Virus record (IMG/VR): IMGVR_UViG_3300025097_002022
Location: 1 to 64,000 of that record
Source of the DNA: a virus
Length of the DNA stretch: 64,000 nt
Reading direction: 5' to 3' (one strand)
This document shows positions 48,938 to 58,641 of the stretch, piece after piece (position 1 is the stretch's first letter; each line of letters starts with the position of its first letter). A program made the translations under genes and the position numbers. The notes below the pieces were generated by a model. The model made no database searches. It was not told where the DNA came from and saw only the letters and a program-made list of their open reading frames with translations.

Positions 48938-50106
48938 TGGCAAAGACTAAGAAGATAAACGGAATCGAACTTGCCTCTGTTAAGTCTGTTGGCAATGTAA
49001 GGAGGGCAAAGGTTGCAAAAATCGCAACCGATTCTTGCGCGGTTACTCAAAGAGCGAGCATGTGGTTGATACAATGGACTCCAGGTGCTTCCTTTTCATA
49101 TCACACAGCGAGCAGTTTTCCAATTGCAGAATCCGACTATGCTCCAACAGGAGCTTGGTGTGGCTACAGCATCTCCCCCTGGAACGGAATGGCACCGGAG
49201 GCATACGGGGAAACTCAGGATGGCACAGGAATATTCGGATCAAACCGATATGCCGATGGTTGGAGAGAGTTCATGCACGCATCTTCATCTCAGATATTTG
49301 CAAAAAGTTATCCTTGGACATCAGAATGGCTTGTCAATTCAGCTAATCAGAGAATGCAGAGGTGCGCTTATGGTTCAAGAGATAAGGTGTGGGTATTATC
49401 AAAGGGTCCAGTTAATGGTGACTCTCTGTATATTTCCTATAGCGATCCGACTTCTACAAATGATCAGATGACGTGGGAGACTGTTTCAAATTTACAGTCT
49501 GGAGATAGCTCTCAAAATAGGATAGAATATTGCGGAGGGAGGAAATACGCAGTACAAGCCAATGCAAGATTTTGGATTAATACTGGCTCCTTGTCAAGCT
49601 CTGTTGCAAACTCTGCTGACTGGATTAAGACAACGGACAATATGGGGTTCTCTCCTTCTGACACGGGAAATCCTGCTGATTATTGTTATGGAAACACTCC
49701 AAATGATTCAGATGGAAGATTTGTCGCAGTAGGCGGATCCAACGTCATACGATATAGTACGGACAATGGCGTAACTTGGAGCGCTGCAACAGTTGATGGC
49801 ACCAGTATAAACTATGCTTCTGTTTGCTATAACGCCCGAGAGGATGTCTTCATCGCCGTCGGCAATAGTTCAAGAATAGCAACAAGCTCTGACGGCGGCG
49901 AAACTTGGACCAGCTTCACAGTCGGTACAAATAATTTCTACTGGGTTGATACTGATGGATTTTCAACAGTCGCCGGAGGAAAGAACAATACATTATGGAT
50001 TTGTACCGGCAGTTTGGATACTTGGGAATCCGCAACAGTACAGGGCTTCAATGGTACAGAAGATGCAAATGCCCCATTTTGTTGCAATGTGATTAAGCCA
50101 TTATAA
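48937..50106 (+). CDS. BNR/Asp-box beta-propeller protein, possible receptor-binding tip
   Basis: Asp-boxes YSTDNGVTW and TSSDGGETW, FVAVG strands; N-terminal KINGIE...V..V segment; ATG at 48937 (TAATG). Confidence 0.65.
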   Translation: MAKTKKINGIELASVKSVGNVRRAKVAKIATDSCAVTQRASMWLIQWTPGASFSYHTASSFPIAESDYAPTGAWCGYSISPWNGMAPEAYGETQDGTGIFGSNRYADGWREFMHASSSQIFAKSYPWTSEWLVNSANQRMQRCAYGSRDKVWVLSKGPVNGDSLYISYSDPTSTNDQMTWETVSNLQSGDSSQNRIEYCGGRKYAVQANARFWINTGSLSSSVANSADWIKTTDNMGFSPSDTGNPADYCYGNTPNDSDGRFVAVGGSNVIRYSTDNGVTWSAATVDGTSINYASVCYNAREDVFIAVGNSSRIATSSDGGETWTSFTVGTNNFYWVDTDGFSTVAGGKNNTLWICTGSLDTWESATVQGFNGTEDANAPFCCNVIKPL

Positions 50107-50134
50107 CATAATCAGGCATTTACATTTTTAGAAT

Positions 50135-50142
50135 ACTATTTA
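50135..50142 (+). promoter_or_regulatory. Putative late promoter ACTATTTA
   Basis: Intergenic, before the scaffold-capsid operon. Confidence 0.7.
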
Positions 50143-50177
50143 TTTGTGACTAAATACATTTAACGGAGTCCATACTT

Positions 50178-51194
50178 ATGTCCACCTTGCTTGAACAGGC
50201 AATTATTGATGCTGAAGCCTTAAGAGAGGCTGCGATTAAAAACGCAGAAGCATCAATTGTCGAGAAATACTCCACCGAAGTAAAAGCTGCTGTCGAATCA
50301 CTTTTAAGTGAAGAATTTGAAGAAGAGCTTGATGATGCCGGTGGATTGGAAGGAGAGGCAGAGGAGAGCCCAGTGATGGATGAAATTCCTTATGCCACCG
50401 AGGGAGAAGATGAGCCAATTACTGTTCGTCTCGATCTTGAAGCACTAGAGCGAGCCCTTGATGAAGAGGGCTCCACCACCGCTGAAGAGACTCATGAGGA
50501 TCTCGCAGAAGAAGTTCTTGACGAGAATCTTGAAGACTTAGATTCACCGACAGACGAAGAAGACTTAGAAGCTGCAGCGGCAGACGAAGAAGTTGAGCTT
50601 GACGAAGAGCTTCTCGCTGCAATCGCAGAAGAGTTGAAAGTCGATGTAGGCATGCCCTCACAGGGACTCGGCGGAAGGACAACTCCAACTTCTGCCGACT
50701 TGGACGGGCAAGAAGCAACTCTTGCAAATCTTAAAGACGATGAACTTGCTGAAGAGCACGAAGCTCTCCAAAAAGCAAAAGAAGAAGCAGACATGTATCT
50801 GGAGCAAGTGAATACGCTTACAGTTACAAAGGCAAAGCTTCAGGAAACAATTTTACAACTTAATGAGCGCATGGAAGAGGTGAACCTCTCCAACGCTCGA
50901 CTACTTTACACAAACCGTGTCTTGAAAAGCAACTCCTTGAATGAGCGACAACGAACAAGAATTGTCGAGTCTATTTCAACTGCTGGTTCTGTAGAAGAGG
51001 CGAAGGTAATCTATGATACACTTCAAAGCGCAGTGGGAGGCACAAAGCGTGCCCCGCAATCACTAAGCGAAGCAGTTGACAGATCTTCTCCAACACTCCC
51101 TCGTAATTCTTCGAGGAAAACTAAACAACAAAATGCTCAAAATCCACAATATAACAGGATGAGAGCATTAGCAGGCATTAAAGGAGATAACTAA
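50178..51194 (+). CDS. Prohead scaffold/core protein (gp22-like)
   Basis: Very acidic coiled coil; EVNLSNARLLYTN, C-terminal RMRALAGI; immediately upstream of the MCP. Confidence 0.8.
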   Translation: MSTLLEQAIIDAEALREAAIKNAEASIVEKYSTEVKAAVESLLSEEFEEELDDAGGLEGEAEESPVMDEIPYATEGEDEPITVRLDLEALERALDEEGSTTAEETHEDLAEEVLDENLEDLDSPTDEEDLEAAAADEEVELDEELLAAIAEELKVDVGMPSQGLGGRTTPTSADLDGQEATLANLKDDELAEEHEALQKAKEEADMYLEQVNTLTVTKAKLQETILQLNERMEEVNLSNARLLYTNRVLKSNSLNERQRTRIVESISTAGSVEEAKVIYDTLQSAVGGTKRAPQSLSEAVDRSSPTLPRNSSRKTKQQNAQNPQYNRMRALAGIKGDN

Positions 51195-52904
51195 ATGTCA
51201 ATCTTAGATAAATTAACAGAAGGCATCGTTGATCGTGATCTCTCCAAGGAAGGCGCAGCACTACTTAATAAGTGGGAACGCACCGGACTTTTAGAGGGCA
51301 TCGATGGTGACCGCAAGAAGAACAGCATGGCTCGACTTCTTGAAAATCAAGCAAAGGAACTTCTTCGTGAGAGTTCCGCAATGGCAGGCGGAGACGTAGA
51401 AGGTTTCGCCGCTGTAGCATTCCCAATCGTTCGTCGTGTATTCGGTGGACTTATCGCTAACGATCTCGTAAGCGTTCAACCAATGAGCCTTCCATCAGGA
51501 CTCATCTTCTTCCTCGACTTCACCGTTTCTAACGATACTGGTAGCCGTCTTGGAATGATCTCTGCAGAATCACTTTACGGTGGTGGCGTAGTTGGTCAAC
51601 AAATCACAGGCGGTGTTTCATTGTCTGGTTTGAATGCTGAGAACTCTTTCTACGCACTCAACAACGGCTATTCTTCACCAACTCGCTCTGCAGGCTGCAC
51701 AGTCACAGCTATTACCTCCGGTACTTTCGGTGGCACTGGTGATGCTCTCTGGGCATCCATCGGTGATCGCATCTGTCGCTACGATCCAGACTTAGTTTCT
51801 GGAACAACCAACGTCGTTATTGGTACAGCAACAGTTACAAGCATGGCTCAGTTGAACTTGGACAACCTCGTTGCCATTTCTTCTTCTCAAGCCTTGGCAG
51901 GCGCACAGCAAGCTCGTCGTTTGAGTCAGCTTTCTGGTTCTGACAGTGGCTTGTGGCAAGCTGGTGATGCAAAAAGCAACGTGCTTTTGGTATGGACTTC
52001 CGATACAGCAACTCCAGTTGCTTTGTCAGCTTCATTCTGCGGCGTAGGCGAGACTCTCGTTTGGCCACAAGATGATCTCATGCAAGCCGGCGGAGGACTC
52101 GGTTCTGTCGTTGGTGATCCTCAATGGGGACTTGAAGCACAGACTGCTATCCCAGAAATCGACATCAAAGTTGACTCTGTAAGCATCACTGCTATCACCA
52201 AAAAGCTGAAGGCTAAGTGGACTCCTGAGTTGGGACAAGATCTTAACGCATACCACAACCTCGACGCAGAAGTAGAGCTTACCAGCATTCTCTCCGAGCA
52301 AATTGCTCTTGAGATCGACCGTGAGATCCTTGAAGATCTCGTTATGGGCGCAGCCGCTGGACGTTACTACTGGTCCCGCGCAGCAGGACGATTCGTAAAC
52401 CGTCTCACTGGACAAGAAGTTGGCGCTACAACCGCTACTCCTGATTTCACTGGTACTGTTTCCGAGTGGTACGAGACTCTCGTTGAGACAATCAACGATG
52501 TCTCTGCACAGATCCATCGCAAGACTCTCCGTGGCGGAGCCAACTTCGTAGTGTGTTCACCTGAAGTTGCTAACGTCCTTGAGTTTACCGCTGGCTTCCG
52601 CGCAAACATCACTGCTGATGCAGATCGCGGCACCATCGGTGCAGTAAAAACTGGCTCATTGAGCAAGAAGTGGGACGTATATGTCGATCCTTACTTCCCT
52701 CGCAACGTGATCCTTGTTGGTCGTAAGGGTGGTTCATTCCTCGAAAGTGGTTATGTATACTCCCCATATGTCCCACTGCAGGTGACTCCCACCATCTTCG
52801 GAACCGAAGACTTCGTACCTCGCAAGGGTGTGATGACTCGCTACGGCAAAAAGATGGTACGTCCCGACATGTATGGACTCGTCATTGTTGTCGATCTTGT
52901 TTGA
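51195..52904 (+). CDS. gp23: Major capsid protein (T4 gp23-like)
   Basis: LLENQ, FPIVRRVF..LIA.DLVSVQPM..PSGLIFFL, KLKAKWTPELGQDL.AYH.LDAE.EL, Y.PYVPL, TRYG. Confidence 0.97.
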   Translation: MSILDKLTEGIVDRDLSKEGAALLNKWERTGLLEGIDGDRKKNSMARLLENQAKELLRESSAMAGGDVEGFAAVAFPIVRRVFGGLIANDLVSVQPMSLPSGLIFFLDFTVSNDTGSRLGMISAESLYGGGVVGQQITGGVSLSGLNAENSFYALNNGYSSPTRSAGCTVTAITSGTFGGTGDALWASIGDRICRYDPDLVSGTTNVVIGTATVTSMAQLNLDNLVAISSSQALAGAQQARRLSQLSGSDSGLWQAGDAKSNVLLVWTSDTATPVALSASFCGVGETLVWPQDDLMQAGGGLGSVVGDPQWGLEAQTAIPEIDIKVDSVSITAITKKLKAKWTPELGQDLNAYHNLDAEVELTSILSEQIALEIDREILEDLVMGAAAGRYYWSRAAGRFVNRLTGQEVGATTATPDFTGTVSEWYETLVETINDVSAQIHRKTLRGGANFVVCSPEVANVLEFTAGFRANITADADRGTIGAVKTGSLSKKWDVYVDPYFPRNVILVGRKGGSFLESGYVYSPYVPLQVTPTIFGTEDFVPRKGVMTRYGKKMVRPDMYGLVIVVDLV

Positions 52905-52941
52905 TAGATAATATCGCAATATAAAACGATAGCGTAAAAAG

Positions 52942-52977
52942 AATTCCCTCGTCATGCAGATGGCGGGGGTTTTCTTT
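52942..52977 (+). terminator. Rho-independent terminator after the MCP gene
   Basis: Stem CCCTCGTCAT-GCAG-ATGGCGGGGG (with G-U pairs) followed by TTTTCTTT. Confidence 0.85.
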
Positions 52978-52986
52978 ATTCCGTCA

Positions 52987-52994
52987 ACTATTTA
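52987..52994 (+). promoter_or_regulatory. Putative late promoter ACTATTTA
   Basis: Immediately after the terminator; GAGGAG SD before the neck gene. Confidence 0.75.
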
Positions 52995-53015
52995 CACTGA
53001 GGAGACTTATACTTA

Positions 53016-54305
53016 ATGGCAATCCCCACCCTTACCCCCGCTTCTACTGTCAGTGCAATCGTTCTTCCTGCAACAGGATTAACTACCTCCGTCGCTGCAA
53101 ATTGTCCGATTGGAGTTTATGCAGCGTCTACGGATTTCTTATCCGGCGCATCCGATCAAGTGGCATACACTTATCAGAAACTCGGCGGAGACATCTTAGA
53201 CATCGAATTGACGACAGGTAGTGTCTATGCTGCATATGAAGAGGCAGTTCTCGAATACTCATATATCATCAATCTCCATCAGTCAAAGAACGTACTGCCA
53301 GACTTCCTCGGCAACGTAACTGGAACATTTGATCATGATGGGAGTTTAAAATCCGGCATACTATCTTCCAGCTTGAGCGGAACACATCTCGCTCTCAAGT
53401 TCCCGAAGATGACATTCTCTTATAATCAGAGAGTCACAGAAGGCTTTTCAACTCAGGCGGCAATGGGAGGCACAACTCCAATTTACTCTGCCTCGTTCGC
53501 CCGTGCTGAAACCCAGGACTATGATCTCCAAGCAATTTTGTCAAGCGCCTCTGTGAACAACTTAGACGTAGCAACAGGCAACCCTGTCCCATACGCTGGC
53601 ATGATAGCCGATAGAAAGGTAATCATTGAGGAGGTGTATTATAAGACACCCGGCGCAATGTGGAGGTTCTTTGGATATTACGGAGGACTCAATACTGTTG
53701 GAAACCTTTCCAACTATGGACAGTATGCCGATGATTCAACATTTCAGCTAATTCCTGTCTGGCAAAACAAGGCACAGGCAATGGCATTCGAGGACTCAAT
53801 CTACACCAGGAACTCTCATTATTCATATGAGTTGAAAGGAAGCAAACTTAGAATATTCCCCATGCCACCAGCCAGCATAAGTCCAGCCTATTATTGGTTC
53901 AATTTTAGATTGGCAGAAGATGCCTGGACTGAGACATCAGGTTCCGTATCTGGAGTCAATGGAATTAACAATATGAACACTCTCCCGTTTGCCAACATTC
54001 CATACGAGAATGTTAACTCAATCGGAAAGCAGTGGATTCGAAGATTCGCTCTTGCTCTTTGTAAGGAGACTCTTGGACAAACTCGTTCCAAGTTTGCTTC
54101 AATTCCTATCCCCGGAGAGTCAGTAACATTAAATGGTCCGGCATTAATTACAGAAGGAAGAGAAACTCAGGAGAAACTAAGAACAGAATTGAAGGACACT
54201 CTCGATCAGTTAACCTATCAAGCCTTAGCGGAGAAAGAATCGTCTATATCTGACTCTGTTGAGAATGTCACCAAGAAGGTTCCAACAGGTGTCTTTGTCG
54301 GATAA
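53016..54305 (+). CDS. Neck/head-tail adaptor protein (gp13-like)
   Basis: KLGGDILDIELT; WIRRFALALCKETLGQ.RSKF..IP.PG..VTLNG..L..EG; first gene after the MCP. Confidence 0.8.
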   Translation: MAIPTLTPASTVSAIVLPATGLTTSVAANCPIGVYAASTDFLSGASDQVAYTYQKLGGDILDIELTTGSVYAAYEEAVLEYSYIINLHQSKNVLPDFLGNVTGTFDHDGSLKSGILSSSLSGTHLALKFPKMTFSYNQRVTEGFSTQAAMGGTTPIYSASFARAETQDYDLQAILSSASVNNLDVATGNPVPYAGMIADRKVIIEEVYYKTPGAMWRFFGYYGGLNTVGNLSNYGQYADDSTFQLIPVWQNKAQAMAFEDSIYTRNSHYSYELKGSKLRIFPMPPASISPAYYWFNFRLAEDAWTETSGSVSGVNGINNMNTLPFANIPYENVNSIGKQWIRRFALALCKETLGQTRSKFASIPIPGESVTLNGPALITEGRETQEKLRTELKDTLDQLTYQALAEKESSISDSVENVTKKVPTGVFVG

Positions 54306-54321
54306 AGGGGAGCGATAGAAC

Positions 54322-54816
54322 ATGTCAGATGAAAATGAATGGAGTCAACCTGCTCAGCCTCCTCCCCCTCTCTTTCTTGGAGAGAAGGAGCGCAATCTTG
54401 TTAAGCAAGTCAATGATGAACTTGTTGAGAGAGTCATTGGACAGCAAGTTGTATATTACCCAATCGACAACTCGATTACTCAATACAATGACATCTACGG
54501 CGAAGCTATTGTGAAGACATTTCTCCCTCCAGTCAGAGTCTATGCTCTCGTGAACTATGATAGCATCCAGACAAAAGCAGATGACGCTACGGGACTTGAC
54601 AAGTCGAGCAAGATAACTGTCAACTTCCATAAGAGAAGATTAACAGAAGATCAAAACCTATTTGTCCGCGAAGGCGACTTTGTCCTCTACGGCGGACTCT
54701 TTTACGAGATCACTTCCTTGTCTCAACCAAGAGAGCTATTCGGACAGATTGATCACAAATTTGAAATAACCGCAGCTTGCACAGTTTCGAGGGAGGGTTT
54801 GTTCGATGCCACATGA
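54322..54816 (+). CDS. Neck/head closure protein (gp14-like)
   Basis: E....IGQ.V.YY, DIYGE, REGDFV.Y....YEI; synteny. Confidence 0.7.
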   Translation: MSDENEWSQPAQPPPPLFLGEKERNLVKQVNDELVERVIGQQVVYYPIDNSITQYNDIYGEAIVKTFLPPVRVYALVNYDSIQTKADDATGLDKSSKITVNFHKRRLTEDQNLFVREGDFVLYGGLFYEITSLSQPRELFGQIDHKFEITAACTVSREGLFDAT

Positions 54817-55669
54817 TGATAAGTTGGGAGACATTACCTTTATGCCCTCTACTATCGAAACAATTGACAGAGCATTGTTCGATCACATTGATGATAGTCT
54901 CGACATCTTCTGCTCAACAAACAAGGGCTGGAAGAAAGTTCCTTTCTATTGGACAGGCGCGGAGAGAGCATTCCAGATAAAGCACGACAAAGACTTGCGA
55001 GATTCTAATGGAGTCTTAATATATCCTCTGATGACAATCGAGAGAGTATCTATTGCGAAGGACATCTCTAAGAGAGGGTCTGTTTACGCACCCATTCCAA
55101 ATCGTGCAGATGCGAAAGGCGGAATAATGACTGTCGGAAGAGTTATCAAGCAAAATAAGACGGCAAACTTCGCCAACGCAGATGCAAAGAGAGTTGTTCT
55201 TAACGTCGGCAATGGGCAAAGCAATTTTCCAAAAAAGAATGACAAAGTGGTTTATGAAACATTGTCAATGCCAATCCCAGTCTATCTTGAGGTAGTCTAT
55301 AAGCTCACAATTAAGACAGAGTATCAGCAACAAATGAATGAGATTATCACTCCATTCATGACTTCTCCAGGCGGCGTTAATTACTTCAGCGCAGCAAAAG
55401 ATGGACATCGATTTGAAGTCTTTGTTGATTCCGAATATTCTCTCGATAACAATTCATCTGCCCTGAATGAAGATGAGCGAGGATATAGGACAGATATATC
55501 TTTCAGAGTCATTGGGTATATTATCGGAGCAGGCAAGAACGATGAGCAGCCAAAGATTGTCAGAAGGGAAAATGCAGTCGAAATTAAGATGCCGAGAGAA
55601 CACGTTATATTCGGTGATATCCCAGAGAACCTACATGTCAGCGGCAATGTTCCCTTTTATCGGGATTAG
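54806..55669 (+). CDS. Tail terminator/sheath stabiliser (gp15-like)
   Basis: KVP......E, P.M...R, P.PV...Y.L.I.T....QMNEI; sits between neck and sheath. Confidence 0.65.
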   Translation: MPHDDKLGDITFMPSTIETIDRALFDHIDDSLDIFCSTNKGWKKVPFYWTGAERAFQIKHDKDLRDSNGVLIYPLMTIERVSIAKDISKRGSVYAPIPNRADAKGGIMTVGRVIKQNKTANFANADAKRVVLNVGNGQSNFPKKNDKVVYETLSMPIPVYLEVVYKLTIKTEYQQQMNEIITPFMTSPGGVNYFSAAKDGHRFEVFVDSEYSLDNNSSALNEDERGYRTDISFRVIGYIIGAGKNDEQPKIVRRENAVEIKMPREHVIFGDIPENLHVSGNVPFYRD

Positions 55670-55703
55670 TCCACAGTTATTTGTGCCTTTAGGCATTCGC
55701 TCA

Positions 55704-55711
55704 ACTATTTA
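55704..55711 (+). promoter_or_regulatory. Putative late promoter ACTATTTA
   Basis: Intergenic, upstream of the sheath gene. Confidence 0.7.
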
Positions 55712-55779
55712 CTAACGATAATACGAATATATTTATATTTCGAAGATTATGTTGTAACGCTGTAAGGAGACAATACATA

Positions 55780-58596
55780 ATGGCAGTCAAATCATTTAAG
55801 TTTATTTCACCGGGAATCTTTATCAACGAGATTGATAACTCCCAGTTACCTGCTCTTCCAGACGAGATAGGTCCAGTAGTCATCGGAAGAACCGAACGAG
55901 GACCAGCAATGCGTCCAGTTAAGGTTAGTTCATTTTCTGAGTTTGTCGAAGTCTTCGGCAATCCAATCCCTGGCGGACAAGGCGGCGATATCTGGCGCGA
56001 TGGAAACTATACATCTCCAACATATGCTTCCTTTGCAGCACAAGCCTATCTCCGTAACTCCAATTCAGTCACAATGGTTCGTCTCCTCGGAGCAGAACAG
56101 GATGGATTAGCAGACGGCGCTGCAGGAAAAGCAGGCTGGCAAACTTCTGGCTCAAACACCAATAGTGCAGCCTCAAACGGCGGCGCTTATGGACTCTTTG
56201 TGTTCAATTCCGCTTCTGCTGCAACTGCAGTAACCGGCGCACTTGCTGCTGTCTGGTACATTAACGAGGGAACAATCGAGCTTTCTGGCACTCTTCGTGA
56301 CGCAACGCTTAACTCTGGCTCTGCTGCTCTTTTTGATGTAAAGAGTTCTACTGACTACAAGGCAATTATCAAAGACGAGAGTGGAAATAAAGTAAAAGAG
56401 ACTTCCTTCAACTTTAGTCCGTCTTCTGCAAAATACATTCGAAAGGTTTTCAACACCAATCCAACATTGGTGAACACTTCCATCACTCAGACAGCGCAGC
56501 AAGAGAAGTATTGGCTCGGCGGAACTTTCGAGAGGCACTTGAATTCAGTTGTTTCTGGCGATTCATTCGCAACCATCCTCGGACTCGACAGCGGCTCTGG
56601 CGGGACCCAACAGAATTCTGCAAACTTCGAACAAGGCTTCCAAGCAGCCCAAACTCCTTGGATTATCTCACAGCACAATCAGTCTGCCTACTCCGGCTTC
56701 AGTGCATCAAGTATGCAGAAGCTATTCAAGTTCCACACACTTGACGCGGGTGAGGACGAGATGAAGAAACTCAAAGTTTCAATCGCAGATGTCAAGGCTT
56801 CAACAAGTGACGCAGATCCTTATGGCTCATTCAGCGTCCTTGTTCGCGATGCCAGCGACAGCGATACCGCCCCAGTCGTTTTGGAAAGGTTTAGTGCTGT
56901 GAACTTGAACCCTAACTCCTCTCGATACATCGGACGAGCAATTGGTGATCAATATCTCACCTGGAACGATACTTCAAGACGACATATCGTTCTTGGCAAC
57001 TATCTCAATGCATCTAAGTTCATCCGAGTAGAAATGAATAGCGATGTCGATCAGGGTGTTACTGACGCCGCGCTCATCCCATTCGGCTCCTTCGGCCCAG
57101 TTCGTATGAAGCAATGGGAATACACCTCTGGTTCATTCGCAACGTTGCCTACCAACGCTTGGGCGCAAGGTGGATCTGCAAATATTCCATTAGCTCAATC
57201 CACTAACTTCATTGAATGTGGTGCGGAAGACTTTACAGGAAGGGTTCTTTATCCAGCGCTTTCTCTCCGAGTCAGTGCTTCCGATGGCGATATCCCAAAT
57301 CCAAAGGACGCTTACTTCGGAGTTGATTCCACTCAAGCTACGAACAACAGACACGAACAGAGTTATGGCGACATCGTTCGCATGCTCCCAGTAGCTGTTG
57401 ATTCCTTCGCAACCACTAATTCAACCGAATACTCCTATGTCTTCACTCTTGATGACTTGAGTCCTTCAACAGTCGGCTCAGCAACCGCTGTAGCAGTCTG
57501 GGCTTCTGGTTCACGAGCAGCAGGTAATTCTTACACTGCAGTCAGCGGAACCTACGAAGAAGTTCTCAATCAAGGCTACGACAGATTCACCGTTCCTTTG
57601 AACGGCGGATTCGACGGACTTGACATTAAAGAGAAAGATCCATTCAACAACACTCGTGCCCTCGAAGGCACAGATTCGACTAGGTATGCTTACTATACCG
57701 TTCGCAGAGCAATCGACACTGTGGTTGACCCAGAAGTAATAGAGTACAATATTATGGCTGCACCCGGTATCTGGAAAGAGTCTCTCACTTCACACATGGT
57801 TGAAGTCTGCGAAGCTCGCGGCGACTCACTTGCAGTCATCGATTTGAAAACCGGCTATGAGTCAGACTCCGAGGGAACAACGGCTGTAGCAGACAGACTC
57901 GGAAGCGTCTCCACTGCAATTTCTAACTTGAAGAGTCGCAGAATGAATTCCTCTTACGGTTGTGCTTACTACCCTTGGATTCAAATCAACGATACTATCA
58001 GTGATAGTCTCTTGTGGGCACCACCTTCAATCGTTGCTCTTGGAACATTCTCAAGCTCACAGCGAAATAGTGAACTTTGGTTCGCCCCTGCGGGATTCAC
58101 CCGTGGCGGACTTACCGAGGGTTCCGCTGGACTTCCAGTAATTCAAACTCGTGAGAGATTGACTTCAAAGGATCGCGATGATCTTTACGAAGCAAATGTT
58201 AACCCAATTGCATCATTCCCAGCAGAGGGTATTGTAATCTTCGGACAGAAGACTCTACAAGTAACTCCATCTGCTCTCGATAGAATTAACGTTCGTCGTC
58301 TGATGATTTATGTCAAGAAGGAAATCTCCCGAATGGCAGCAACTGTCCTCTTCGATCAGAACGTTGATGCGACTTGGAACAGGTTTACCTCACAAGCTGA
58401 GCCCTTCTTGAGAAGTGTTCAGGCAAGACTTGGACTCGAAGATTTCAAGATTGTCCTTGATGATACAACCACCACAGCAGACTTGATTGATCGGAATATT
58501 ATGTATGCCAAGATCTTCCTCAAGCCAGCACGCTCAATCGAATTTATTGCACTTGACTTTGTTATTACAAATAGTGGTGCTGGGTTCGAAGATTAA
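55780..58596 (+). CDS. gp18: Tail sheath protein (T4 gp18-like)
   Basis: SPGIFINEID, G...RGP...P, YYPWI, WFAPAGFTRG, RD.LY...VNPI, FGQKTL, LDRINVRRL, P.RSIEFI. Confidence 0.96.
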   Translation: MAVKSFKFISPGIFINEIDNSQLPALPDEIGPVVIGRTERGPAMRPVKVSSFSEFVEVFGNPIPGGQGGDIWRDGNYTSPTYASFAAQAYLRNSNSVTMVRLLGAEQDGLADGAAGKAGWQTSGSNTNSAASNGGAYGLFVFNSASAATAVTGALAAVWYINEGTIELSGTLRDATLNSGSAALFDVKSSTDYKAIIKDESGNKVKETSFNFSPSSAKYIRKVFNTNPTLVNTSITQTAQQEKYWLGGTFERHLNSVVSGDSFATILGLDSGSGGTQQNSANFEQGFQAAQTPWIISQHNQSAYSGFSASSMQKLFKFHTLDAGEDEMKKLKVSIADVKASTSDADPYGSFSVLVRDASDSDTAPVVLERFSAVNLNPNSSRYIGRAIGDQYLTWNDTSRRHIVLGNYLNASKFIRVEMNSDVDQGVTDAALIPFGSFGPVRMKQWEYTSGSFATLPTNAWAQGGSANIPLAQSTNFIECGAEDFTGRVLYPALSLRVSASDGDIPNPKDAYFGVDSTQATNNRHEQSYGDIVRMLPVAVDSFATTNSTEYSYVFTLDDLSPSTVGSATAVAVWASGSRAAGNSYTAVSGTYEEVLNQGYDRFTVPLNGGFDGLDIKEKDPFNNTRALEGTDSTRYAYYTVRRAIDTVVDPEVIEYNIMAAPGIWKESLTSHMVEVCEARGDSLAVIDLKTGYESDSEGTTAVADRLGSVSTAISNLKSRRMNSSYGCAYYPWIQINDTISDSLLWAPPSIVALGTFSSSQRNSELWFAPAGFTRGGLTEGSAGLPVIQTRERLTSKDRDDLYEANVNPIASFPAEGIVIFGQKTLQVTPSALDRINVRRLMIYVKKEISRMAATVLFDQNVDATWNRFTSQAEPFLRSVQARLGLEDFKIVLDDTTTTADLIDRNIMYAKIFLKPARSIEFIALDFVITNSGAGFED

Positions 58597-58606
58597 TAAT
58601 TAGATG

Positions 58607-58614
58607 ACTATTTA
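58607..58614 (+). promoter_or_regulatory. Putative late promoter ACTATTTA
   Basis: Intergenic; AGGAG SD before the tube gene. Confidence 0.75.
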
Positions 58615-58641
58615 CTATAGCATCAACAGGAGAAATAAGTA

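Noticed and set aside
39195-52904. Inteins, introns or homing endonucleases in terminase, portal or capsid genes
   Set aside because: ORFs are uninterrupted and of ordinary length; no intein termini or LAGLIDADG/HNH/GIY-YIG motifs were seen.
52905-55779. tRNA or structured ncRNA in the larger intergenic gaps (52905-53015, 55670-55779)
   Set aside because: The gaps are about 110 bp and explained by a terminator, late motif and SD; no cloverleaf or T-loop motif was seen.
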